Source: Lingula anatina
Taxonomy: Eukaryota > Animalia > Brachiopoda
NCBI GenBank assembly: GCA_051362555.1
Contig: CM120646.1
Location: 18,786,001 to 18,850,000, forward strand
DNA: 64,000 bases
Direction of reading: 5' to 3'
Every line of letters starts with the position of its first letter. The first letter of the stretch is position 1. The position numbers and the translations under genes were made by a program. The notes beneath the pieces were generated by a model. That model saw only the letters and a list, made by a program, of their open reading frames with translations. It was not told where the DNA came from and made no database searches. Below are positions 1 through 11,396 of this stretch, piece by piece.

Positions 1-1293
1 ATACATGTGCACTTGCTAACCTGCTCTTACTAACTCCGTATTTGTGAAACACAAGAACCTAAAATATATATATGGCAACGAAATATTGATTTCTAAACTT
101 TTGCCTTTGTGTTTATAAGATAGCTGTTTTGTCGCTTTTCGCTCGATATTCTGCTTTTTTTTTGGGGGGGGGGGGGAGGGAAGAGGGATAACTCTGAATC
201 TGAAAACTATTTCCCCAGAGATTGTCGTTGTTGTTAGCATTTAGCAGACACTTTTTGGGACACGTTGCATTTGTGATAGCGAAAAAGGACCACGACATTC
301 ATGAACATGGACATGAACATGGGACCCATGTAACCATGCCACCTAGCTGAAATTTTTAGGCATGAAATCTAATGGCGTTGGTAAAATTGCAAAGATATAA
401 CGGCAATTTTGCAACCCATGACTTTAAAGTACACAGTTAAAGTGGTGTCCTAATTTCTAGTATGAATAAGTGGTCATAAATTATGACTCATAATGCAAAT
501 TGGCATTTACAGTACACGTTCAAAAACGGAACCGAATGAAGTATTTCCTTATCTTTATGAATCAAATTAACATTTTATTTTGTATCAATAAAAGTGCTTA
601 GTCTTATAGTACACTGGAAGCACAAGGGTGCCCTATGGCAACTTTTGCTACAACATGTATAAAGTTCAATGCAATACATAGTGACGATCGAGCCCAGAGA
701 GTTCAAGACAATTGCGTGCCACTCCTTTAACTTCGGATGTGAGTGTGCGAAAATGTTGAGTTCGAGTCCATGTTAATACAGACAGAACACATCGTTTATA
801 TGTTGATGTTTTATTCACAAATTTCAAGATAGATATCAATACCCTTAGGAAAAAATGAAATGCATCTGTGAAAATATTTACAATATATACATATGTACAT
901 AATAAGGGTACAAAACAAAATGAATTGATGCATCAATAAGTTACTGATAGATGAATTGGTAAAAACTACCAGTTTTTAGACTCGTCACCTGACTTCGTAA
1001 TCATAACGCTCGGCGTATTGTTTATTTGGAATGAATGAACATGATACAGATTCATCCACATAGGTTGGTTCACTGGAGCCAGAAATACGCCGCAAATGTC
1101 AAAAGGGCGTCTCTTAGATTTTCCACTAGCTTAATCATGGATAACTTGAGCGGATGGAATTTAAACTGCCCTTCCTTGGTATTAAACCTTCTTTGGACAA
1201 TATAATGAGCAATAAAGATGAGCTATCCGTAGACGTTTAGAAATTGTTTTGCATGAAATCCGAAGGATTTCAATTTTACGTGGAACGCAATGT

Positions 1294-2853
1294 CTACACT
1301 TCACTCTCTTTATCAAACAAGAACCCGTGTTGGTCAATGATGATTTGCACAACAGCCTGGAGTGGGGCGGCGCTAGATGCCATGTCGGCCAAAGAGGCAA
1401 ACTCTGGCCGTAGTAGTGTGGGCCACCAGCAAATGGCAAGGTTGTCACTGGTCATACAGTTTACATCACTGAGTGATGAAACTCTGAAAAAAAAACCCAT
1501 CAATCAAACATACTGATGGAATACAAAGTGAAGTTTGATAATAAGATCTTTATGATGATAAAAATATAGGGTGTGCATATACTTTTCGATACTGAGAGAT
1601 TTTTGTGTCGTCCTTTATAAACTTCATATATCATATATGTTATATCTTTAACTTCATTACCTATGAAAAATTCAAATATTCGCCCAAACGTAAATCGGCG
1701 ACTTAAGAAAAGCAATTTTGTAAATGAGTTTGGGAACACTTTTGTTTATTTGGCATGACTTAATAATCGAAGAATCCAACTCACTTGTTCAAGTGTGTGG
1801 CCATGAATTTAAGCACGCGGTAGTGGGCAGCAGGAAGCTTCTGAAGCACATTTCTCAGAGCTTGAAGGCGACATGTTTTGTCTTGGATACCTGAAAATGA
1901 CAAATCACACCTGAAATGATTTTAAAAATAAGTTCAGAAAACCTCTAAATAAATAAATAAATAAGCACCAAATCTAAATATCTCTCACAGAGAAACTCCT
2001 GCAAAAATGCATTTGCTAAATTTGGCAACATCAAAAAAAATATATTCTAAAAATTGCGAAAAAGGGCGTCTTCCAGATCTGCTATAGTATCTTACCTGCT
2101 GCATTTATAAGGTCTTCGTTAAGTTTGGTAAGAATCAGTGGCTCTTGCAGCTCACGGAAGAAAGTCTTCAGTGCTGTTGCCACATCATTGACAGAGATTT
2201 CCAAATCATCAAAAACCAAACTATGATCTGTGAAACAAAAACAGTTGGATAACATTCAAAGAGCAATCATATCCCATATAAAAAAAATTTGGAGAAATAT
2301 TTCTGTCACCGTGCATTCTTTACTATGGCACGAGTCTTTCGTTTGAAATTTTAGTAGGAAAAAACTACTTTCTCAGTTAATAAAATAGTTTTTAGAAAAA
2401 TATGAAATATATATATATAAAAGTATCATTCGAGGGGTAAATATGTTTTACAATATCAAACATAATTTTCTTAAACATTTGTTGCATTAATTTTACACAT
2501 ATCTTATTCCCAGGGACTGATATGATAAAAAACCACAACCTTATTCTATTTAACTCACCTTCTTTAAACTTTTTCAACAGTAATTCTACATGTGCTTTGT
2601 TTCCAGGTACTCTATACAGTCCTTCTGAACCGAGCCCATTCTCTTCAATATACGCAATGCATTTCTCTACGAACATAGGAAGAACTGCATCATCAAGTAA
2701 ATAATCGTCCAAGGACGTATTTATGGTGGTCTTTCCGCTAGGAACTTTTCTGGGCTTCTTACCAAATAACTTGGATCTGACGTAAGCCACTGCTCGCGCA
2801 ATTCTTCGGCGTGTAAGATTAGTTTGAAACAAGTAAGATAATCCGCAAGACAT
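1294..2853 (-). CDS. RhoGAP-domain protein, p190RhoGAP (ARHGAP35/ARHGAP5)-like, ~240 aa, 4 exons
   Basis: Exons 2853-2559, 2227-2096, 1890-1785 and 1483-1294 join in phase at GT-AG sites (723 nt). Motifs include LPMFVEKCIAYIEENGLGSEGLYRVPGN (arginine finger), VATALKTFFRELQEPLI and MTSDNLAICWWPTLLRPEF, which resembles the p190 subfamily. Confidence 0.85.
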
Positions 2854-2905
2854 CTTGAGTTGCTATCTTTCCAACTTGTTGCGAAGGGTAACCAAAGTTG
2901 ATTGT

Positions 2906-2936
2906 TGACGTCATCCAGTTCCACTTTATGACGTCA
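2906..2936. promoter_or_regulatory. Two full CRE palindromes (TGACGTCA) just upstream of the RhoGAP ATG
   Basis: TGACGTCA at 2906-2913 and 2929-2936, 53-83 bp upstream of the ATG at 2853. Confidence 0.5.
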
Positions 2937-3645
2937 CAGTCAATTTTTATTCGTTGTCAGTAGACGACACAAATAACGTTACAAACGAAACAATGGCTTT
3001 TTATCATTTACACGGATTGGACAATATAGTATAGTAAGTTTTAAATTTTATTTTCGCAAAAGCTATCCATCACAATTCAACGAAATTTATAAATTCACTA
3101 CTATATTATATTGCTTCCAGCGCATATAAGTTATGCATGGTCTGATGGAATATTTTTATGATACTAAAACGTAGACTTAGCTACTACTGCACAACCAAAA
3201 CGCTATTAATCAGGCAAATGTGTTAAAGTCCTTTATATATTGTGTAAGTTACAAGTAAACACTGATAACCCACTAAAGTATAAAGATTCTACAAAAATGG
3301 AAAACACTGCATAAAAAGACATGGAGCAGGTTTTCTGAAAAAATAAGCAGTTTTGTTAGCTCCGAAGCTTATTTTCTCACATGTGACATCCAATACCAAG
3401 GGGGGTGGGGGGGGGGGGGGGAGGGGAGAGGGAGCACATCCTTGTAATATTAAATTGTAATGAAATGCTTTTAATTGAAATTAACAGAGCTTTAAGATCG
3501 GAGACTACAGACACGTTCGCGTTTTATCCAATTGCATAATGATGCAATTAACTCGGTTTACGAGCACAACAACACAACCGCACACGTCTACACCAGAAGA
3601 TATATGACAAATTGATAGCAATAGCGAGTGAAATTTGACACATAC

Positions 3646-3733
3646 CAATGACTTCTTGGTCCAGGACAGCACTACTGGTACCCAGGGCCGCCAATACCAT
3701 CAACACCGAGATACATGCAGATTTGGTGTCCAT
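3646..3733 (-). CDS. First (signal-peptide) exon of a secreted protein; downstream exons unresolved
   Basis: MDTKSACISVLMVLAALGTSSAVLDQEVI(G) followed by a GTATGT donor (phase 1). A TATA-like TATAAATATAAAA lies ~90 bp upstream on the minus strand (~3823-3835). Confidence 0.5.
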
Positions 3734-4229
3734 TGTTATGCCGGTCGTTGACTAGTACTTCTTCAATACTTGTACGTATCTGCTAATCCTCCCCGAAGTT
3801 TAAGTGTTGAGACTGACGCATATTTTATATTTATATCCATTTACCCATTATCCCTGGCTGTCACCAGTGGATACCCGCGATGAGTGCGATAAGCGCGCCC
3901 AAAATGTATGTTAAGGAGGTAATATCCTGACGTCAAATTTAAACAGAAAATAGAGGGCACATTCCATTTAACCAGTGTCTAAATTTGAATTAATTTGTTT
4001 ATGCATGTATGTTTCACTTAAAATATTTTGCATTTAAGAACAATCTAGTCTCACATACTGGTGGTTTTTATCGTTAAAAAAGGCTACTGGCACCACAACT
4101 TTATTAAATCAGACAGATACAGTCCAACTGATGTCCTCACGCGAACATATTGCTAAATACGATATTAAGATTTAATAGATGTCATTTGTCATTTTGGCTG
4201 TATGAGTGGTCAGTCACGCCACAGTGGAC

Positions 4230-4433
4230 ACATTCAGATTCAGACATCGTACTAGCTGGGTCGGTCCAACACACACGAGATGGTTAATTATTCCCCATGC
4301 AGCTGCTCGAAGAGGCGTGTCAGAGAATTAAGCTGATTCCATTGATTGCACTTAAGCGAGACCCCCCCCCCCCCCCCCCCCCCCCCCGCAGAGATAGACC
4401 GATCCAGCCTGTACGATGTGTGCATCTGAATGT
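4230..4433. mobile_element. MITE-like element with ~37-bp imperfect terminal inverted repeats
   Basis: 4230-4266 ACATTCAGATTCAGACATCGTACTAGCTGGGTCGGTC is the near reverse complement of 4397-4433. No clear TSD. Confidence 0.55.
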
Positions 4434-5014
4434 AGACACCAGCGGTCTACGTGGATCGACCCAACTCTGTGGAGACTCTCGCTGACTACAATCAGCATAA
4501 CTTTTGCTGATTAAATTGAGCATCAACAAGAATCTAAAACTTCGCTTACCATTTTTATTTTATTTTTCAATCAATTTCTTCGCTGTAAACGAGGTTTGCG
4601 GCATCAGTAACGCAGGCAAATGTTAATTAGTAGTTTATTTTAACTTATTTTAATTTAAATATAGAAAGGGGTAACATTAACATAATATCAATTCTAATAA
4701 CTAAACTTCGTTTTAGCGTCAAATTATATGAGACAGATTGCTTGTGGGACCTTCGAACAAATCGTCTATACTATTGGGTGTTGAGTAGGCCTACTAGTAT
4801 TGAAAATCCTGAATTCCTGGGTAAAAAAAATATATACGTGGGATTCAGCTTGCGTTGACATCCTACAACTACCCAGGCGTCGTTCTGCAGAGATAATGGA
4901 CCAGTCTGTGTGCTGTAGGCTGTGTGACGATGTACAGACGTGTTTGAAAACTGTTCTTTGATACTCTGGAATATCACTGTTTTGGTCGACCTACAGTATA
5001 TACCAATATTAAAG

Positions 5015-5863
5015 TTACGGACACTGATCCACCCCGATGCACCGTCCTTTATGGTACACAGTTTCACGCGGGCACTCGCACTGCGGCGGTAGACAAACTG
5101 CTGCACAAATCGGGAACGGGTTTCTGCAAGTCGCCTTGCAAGATCCGCAGAATTTCCAAACCTGATCCTCTGGACATAGTGGAACTGGAAAAGAATTTAC
5201 AAGCTGAATATTCACATATAAGATAAGAAACCAGTGACACTTTCTTATGCTATTTATGATTGCACTTTAGATATCGTCTACCACCTGTCCCAGACAACAG
5301 CATTTTGGTTTTTTACTGATGGCCGATTTTACTATACTTACAGTATAGAATGGTTGTAGGCGAAACCAGAACTAAAGAATTGCAAATTTACCAAAAGAAA
5401 TTGAATGAGCAATAAAAAAGTCTATTGTGACTAATAAATACACTATATATTATATTTTGTTTTAACGTTATTGTCGGTTTACTTACTATAATATCCTTGT
5501 ATCTGACCCTTGAATAAAGGAAATAAAAAACAAGTAACGATAAATGAAAATAAAAATCAAATAAGAAATTATGGCCAATCCCTTTATTATTATCTGGATA
5601 TAACAAAAACGTTTCCGCCGCCGGTCCTGTATGTATTAGATCGGGGTCCTTATTCTTTTTTAACATACTGATCCATTCTACTTTGATATATTGCACGCAC
5701 TGTGCAGCTAGCGTGCCAAATTTTCGAAAACTTGTTTTATATTAATAACTATTCATGCAGACCAAGCGTTTAGAAAATTCGCCCTGTAAAAATATCAACT
5801 CACCTCTCCATTTGCAATCATAAATAACAATACGGCACACAGTATTCCAACAGACAGACACAT
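5015..5863 (-). CDS. Small secreted TIL-domain (Ascaris-type) serine protease inhibitor, ~93 aa
   Basis: Signal exon 5863-5804 (MCLSVGILCAVLLFMIANGE), micro-exons 5508-5487 (22 nt) and 5371-5342 (30 nt) with GTAAGT donors, and final exon 5184-5015 with the 10-Cys TIL pattern CPEDQVWKFCGSCKATCRNPFPICAAVCLPPQCECPRETVYHKGRCIGVDQCP. Phases are consistent (282 nt). Confidence 0.8.
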
Positions 5864-6861
5864 TTTGGCTTTGTCCACACAAAACTTCCCGTTATAGTTT
5901 GGTATTAAAACCAGGGTTTACATATTTATACGCAGTATATACATAGCAACATTCCCGCTGAAGAAAGACCGAGCTGATCTCCATAACAGGAATACCTGGT
6001 TAATACATACTATTTCCTTTAGAGATGCGTCTTGTTTGTACCATCAATTTGGCTTTTAAATTCTGCTGCGGTGTGTGTGTGTTTTTTTCTTCGGCATTTT
6101 TGAAATATTTTAAATAATTCTAATGACTGATACTTTCATGTTTAAACCTGTGTTAATTCATTTGTTTTTGTGGCATTGAGGACGATATTTCAACGCAAAG
6201 GACGAAAAAAAAGGCGACCCCCCCCCCCACACACACACACCGTCATGCCTGATTGATGAGAAGACAATGCCATCATGGCATCTAAAAATGAGGAACTTGA
6301 CAGCTTTATTCGTTTGAATTCGTTGATCGAATCCGTAATAGCTGGGAAATAATGTAAATAATGTCACATTTCTCTGGAAAAGTTTGCGTTCAAAGACACA
6401 ATCCATTTTCCCGAAACGATTCGTTGGTAGGTCATGCATGTATTTATATTAAGCTCAGCATTTGACCTTGAACTGAAACTGCAACACATATCGATGAATG
6501 TGGCCTAAATTGACTCAAGTTCTCTCTTCTTCATAACACACACAGTAAAAAGTCGCCATACCCCCAAAGAATATTTTACTGAAAAGTTACTATTCTTCAT
6601 TTCAGACCTCCCCCCCCCCCCCCCCCCCCGCCACCCGCCTTCCCATCAATATAATACGAAGCTTCGGCTCTGTAAACTCTACTGCACATAGCAAAGTCTA
6701 GCCAGGATATATCACAGCCGATATAAGCAGACAGCACGTGTTATCATAGGACGTACGTGTATTCAGGAGACCAACCAGACAGGTGTAACGCCCAGACACC
6801 CGGCAAAACCTACTGCCCCGGACACTCTTCGCGAACTGAGCTGGTCCGACACAAGCTACCG

Positions 6862-8839
6862 ATGGATGCTAAGCCTATCCCTTTTGAAGAGGTGGAGCGG
6901 TGTGTGAAGCCACCTCCACCGGAGACGAAGGTGAAACTCAGTCTACGTTTCTGTTAATACTATCATTAATTAGTGTATCTCAGGGGTATGAGAAAATCAT
7001 GCCCAGACCCTAGTCCTGACCTCATGTGCCCCTGTGTGTGTGTGTCTGTGTGTGTGAGGGAGGGGATGGGGACGGCAAATTGGTGTCTACAGCAACGGTA
7101 GTTTCCGTGCGTGTGTGTGTGTGCGTGCGTGTGTGTGTGTGTGTGCGTGCGTGCATGCGTGTTCGTGTGGGCATTTTTGTGCCTGCAACACTGGTAATTT
7201 CGTCAGATATATTTAAACGAGTACATATTTGTATGCGTATTTGCGATAATGATAAAAAGTAGGTCAGGAAGTCTTATTAGGTTTCACAACGCATACATAT
7301 ATGCACGTAATAAAAGTGAACGTGATGTAGGTGCAAACATTCCCCGCTTAGAAAAATGAAGAAAAAGGAAATAAGATGTCAGGTTGACTTTTAAGATAAA
7401 TAATAATAAAATTAATCTTCACTATTTCTCTCAGAAAACAGGCAAAATATTAAAAGCTGCCAATAGAATATTTTATTTCCCTTTGAGGTTATGAACACCA
7501 TACAAACGCGTGCCGCAACACATTTCGCCGTTTCTGTCGCACGGTGCGTTGGGCGCTTAGAATTACCGTGACATAAAAATTACCTTTATGCGTTGACATG
7601 AATCCCAAAAACACTGTACACATACTTTAAATACTAAAAAGGAAAAATATTGAACCCGAAAATAATTCGAAAATAGTTTCCGCCTTAGAAAGAATCTTCA
7701 TTTATTATTGTTGTTGTTGTTGTTGTTGTTGTTGTGACAGTCGTTTTTTTTTCTACTTTTTTCTTTTAGACTCATTCATTTCATCATACGTGCTACCGTA
7801 TCAAAGACCCTCGTGTGACAGTAGATTTTTACTCTCGAGTCTTGGGCATGAAACTAATAGCGACCTTGCCCCTAGAGAACCTCAAGTCCACGATGTACTT
7901 CATGGGGTACACGGAAGAGGGGGAGACCGTGCCCTCCGACCTCAAAGAACGGATGCAGTTTCTTTTCCACAGAAAACAGCACACGCCAGTGCTCGAGTTT
8001 CTCCAGTAGGTTTGAAAATTGATAATTTAAAATTAATTTTCCTCATATTACTGAAATTCTTTGCACGTAAATTTGAAAAAATACAGTTCACAATAAGGCG
8101 ACATGAAGCAAAATTCACTTACTAAAGGTTTAGTTCTTTTGTTATTTCTGAAATGGCTTTCTTTCGTTTTGAACATAACTTAAAATCTACAATGTCGAAT
8201 ACAGAACTTTTGCTATAATTGCTCGACAAGTATAAATCTGTAGCTAGACGAGGACAGTTTTACTGAAATATGCAGGATCTATATAGACGGGAAAAGGTAC
8301 ATTATTAATTACATGCACTCTGTCTTTCAGCAACTGGGGAACAGAAAACATGTCCAACCTAAAGCTTCATGATGGAAACAAGGCGCCAAAGGGATACTGT
8401 ACGTTAATTTTCATTTATTGATTATTCGATGTCAACCAACCATTGTAACATTTATATCTGATAAAAGTTTTTCCTACTTTTCTTTTCTTACAAAATACAA
8501 TTATATATGCACATTTCACTTAATTTCTAAACCTACATACGGCTTGTCTGCAAATGCAGCAATAAAAATAATAAAAAAAGAAATGATCTATAAACATACT
8601 TTTTACACCAACACCATATTTTGGTTGAGACGATAAATATAATCATATTATTCTATTCGATTCTCTTTGCTACAGCTCACATATGTGTGGCTGTACAAGA
8701 TGCGGATGCTGAAACACAACGTGTAGCCAATTTAGGAGTCCGCATTATCAAAGAAGCTGGTAAGCAGCTTTGGTTAAAATTAATCGTAATTTAACCATTA
8801 TACTTTATCAATGAAGGTGGGGAGATAATTATAAAATAA

Positions 8840-8884
<45 letters not shown>

Positions 8885-9219
8885 GTAGAAGGGTAGGATC
8901 GTGTGGTTTTTTAACTTTCTATTTTCTTTTTTACACAGTACAAACTTATTCCTTTAAGGCATGTCCATCTACAAGTGTTCAAATTGCTCCTGTTACACGA
9001 TATGCACTTTTATTAAAATATTACACAAAATCAATACACAAGAAACCATCTGAAACAGTGATGTCTGGTCTAATTTGTCATATTCTAGGTGGTCAGGGCA
9101 TTGCTTTTATAGAGGACCCAGATGGATACTGGGTGGAATTCCTCGAGGGAGATCGTCTAGGATCGCCAGGAGACCCAAACATTGACATCACGGAGATGAA
9201 CGCAGCCATTGCTTTCTAG
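6862..9219 (+). CDS. GLO1: Lactoylglutathione lyase (glyoxalase I)-like protein, copy A, 195 aa, 5 exons
   Basis: Exons 6862-6930, 7770-8005, 8331-8398, 8676-8759 and 9089-9219 are in phase (588 nt). VOC/GlxI motifs: HTCYRIKDP..DFYSRVLGM, LEFLHNWGTE, GYSHICVAV, AFIEDPDGYWVEF. Confidence 0.88.
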
Positions 9220-9526
9220 GAATCCCAGGCCACATGAGATTAATTCTGGTTTCAGCAAAATGCATCAGATTTATGATTTCTTCCTTTTAATGGTCAGAGT
9301 TATTGATCTAGTTTCTCAGTAAACTTGGGATTTTAGTAGCCAAACAGAGATATCTTGTGAAAAATAGTCTTTCTTCGGTGGCAGCAGATGCATCGGACAG
9401 GCATATACAGTTTTAAAGGAGCCAAGTAATAAAGTGGCTTCGACTCGGGAAATGTCATCTATTGTTAGAATTTTAAACTAAAAGCCACAACCAATCTACA
9501 TGTATTCATCAATGCCATGACAAGTA

Positions 9527-10013
9527 GGCAGCAGACAAACTGCTGCACAAATCGGGAACGGGTTTCTACAAGATCCGCAAAATTTCGTAACCTAATCCTC
9601 TAGACATATTGGAACTGGAAAAGAATTTACAAGCTGAATATCTCAGTACAAGATAAAAAAAAAAACTGTAATACTTTCTTAAGGCTGTTTATGTTTGCAC
9701 TTCAAATATCGTCTACTACCTGTTTCAGACGAGAGTATTTTGGTTTGTTACCAATGTCCGACTGTATGCATTTGATCGGGTCCTTATTCTTTTTTTCACA
9801 TACTTTGATACATTGTGCGCACTGTGCAGTTAAGGAATTTTCGAAAACTTGTTTCATATTAATAAACATTAATGTAGACCACGCGTTTTCAAATACCTGT
9901 ATTTTTTATGCAATCTGTTCCAGAAAATTCACCCTGTAAAAATATCAACTCACCTCTCCATTTGCAATCATAAATAACAATACGGCACACACTATTCCAG
10001 TAGACGGGCACAT
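9527..10013 (-). pseudogene. Truncated TIL inhibitor pseudogene (second duplication unit)
   Basis: The signal exon is intact (~10013-9954). Both micro-exons are deleted. The TIL exon has a premature TAG (GAG GAT TAG), a 12-nt deletion, and is cut off at the duplication junction. Confidence 0.85.
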
Positions 10014-10243
10014 TTTGGGTTTGTCCACACAAAACTCACCGTTATAGATTGGTAGTTAAACCAGGATTTACATATTTATACGCAGTATATACAGCAACAA
10101 CATCGTTGCTGGAGAAACACCGGGCTGATCTCCATAACAGGAATACCGGGTTAATACATACTATTTCCTTTAGAGATGCGTCTTGTTTGTACCATTAATG
10201 TGGCTTTTAAATTCTGTTGTGGTGTGTTTTTCTGTGGCAATTA

Positions 10244-10411
10244 CAGGGGCGGATTTAGGCTGTCTTCTGGGTCTTCCGGAAGACGGTCAGATTTCCAAGT
10301 TAACATTGACTGGTATCTAATTTTTTCTGTCGGAAGACGGTCAAAAATGGTGGATGGATCAACAAAGATAATTTGGAAGACTATCAGAAAATATCTCTGG
10401 ATCCGCCCCTG
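10244..10411. mobile_element. MITE with CAGGGGCGGAT TIRs and 5-bp TSD (AATTA)
   Basis: CAGGGGCGGAT...ATCCGCCCCTG flanked by AATTA on both sides; absent from the paralogous site (~6095) in duplication unit 1. Confidence 0.85.
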
Positions 10412-11396
10412 AATTAATGGTATTTGTAAAATATATTAAAAATTTCAATGACTGATACTTTCATGTTAAAATGTACGTTCATGTATTTGTTTTAGTGGCT
10501 TTGAGGGCGATATTTGAACGCAAAAAGAAGGCGATCCCTACCCCCCCCCCCCCCCAACACGCCATCAAAAAATCTCGATTCATACTTAATTGATGGGAAG
10601 ACGATGGCATCTAAAAATAAAGAACTTGACAGCTGTATTCGTTTGAATTCGTTGTTTAAAATCCATGATTGCGGAAAATAATGTCGTACGTATTTCTCGG
10701 TTACTTACTCTTACACTTGACTTGATCATAATGGTTACGTCCAACGTAAAAGCATCAAACACTTCCTAGCTTCTAGTTTGGAACAATTTCTCACACCTAT
10801 TTGAATCTCTTGTCTCTTGCAAAGCATTTATAATTTCTATGACGTTAAAAACTAGGTTAAAATAACCAATAAAAAAACAATCGATTTCTCCACTTCTCCG
10901 TGCAAGAACTGCACATCTCGTCGTCTGCATAAGGAATCCGGTCGTTGCAAGCCGAAAATGATTCACGCCCTACGACTATTTAGACAGTTTAGAAACTTAA
11001 AAGCGGGGATTGTGTACAAACAAACAGACCTTTTTTTCTGAAATGACACGATGGTAGGTCATATTTATATTCAGCTCAGCATTTGACCTTGAATTGCGGC
11101 AGCAACACACTTTGATAAACGTAGCCAGCATCGACCTAAATCCTCACATAAACATGACATCAAAAGTAATAGGTCGCCATACCCCCAAAGGTAATAAAGA
11201 CACCGTTGCTCATTTTCCTCGTTTCAGACCCCCCCACCCCCCACCCCGTAACTCGAAAGCATCGCACATTGCGACCGAGCGCAAGCGTCTCGATTCCATA
11301 ACTCGAGTTACGGGGCCCAGGTGTAAAGCCCAGTCACCCGGCAAAAACTAATGCCCCAGACATTCCTCGAGAACTCAGCTCCGACACAAGCTACCG

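Noticed and set aside
5611-5626. Alternative 16-nt TIL micro-exon (GACCGGCGGCGGAAAC)
   Set aside because: Weak donor (GTTTTT); the 22-nt exon at 5487-5508 has consensus sites and fixes the phase.
7026-7262. ORFs rich in CV/VC repeats (also at 11601, 21857, 22848, 23433)
   Set aside because: Translations of (GT)n/(CA)n microsatellites within introns.
7770-8005. Recent fungal or bacterial HGT origin for the glyoxalase (HTCYRIKDP resembles yeast Glo1)
   Set aside because: Intron positions appear shared with animal GLO1, so divergence of a native paralog is simpler.
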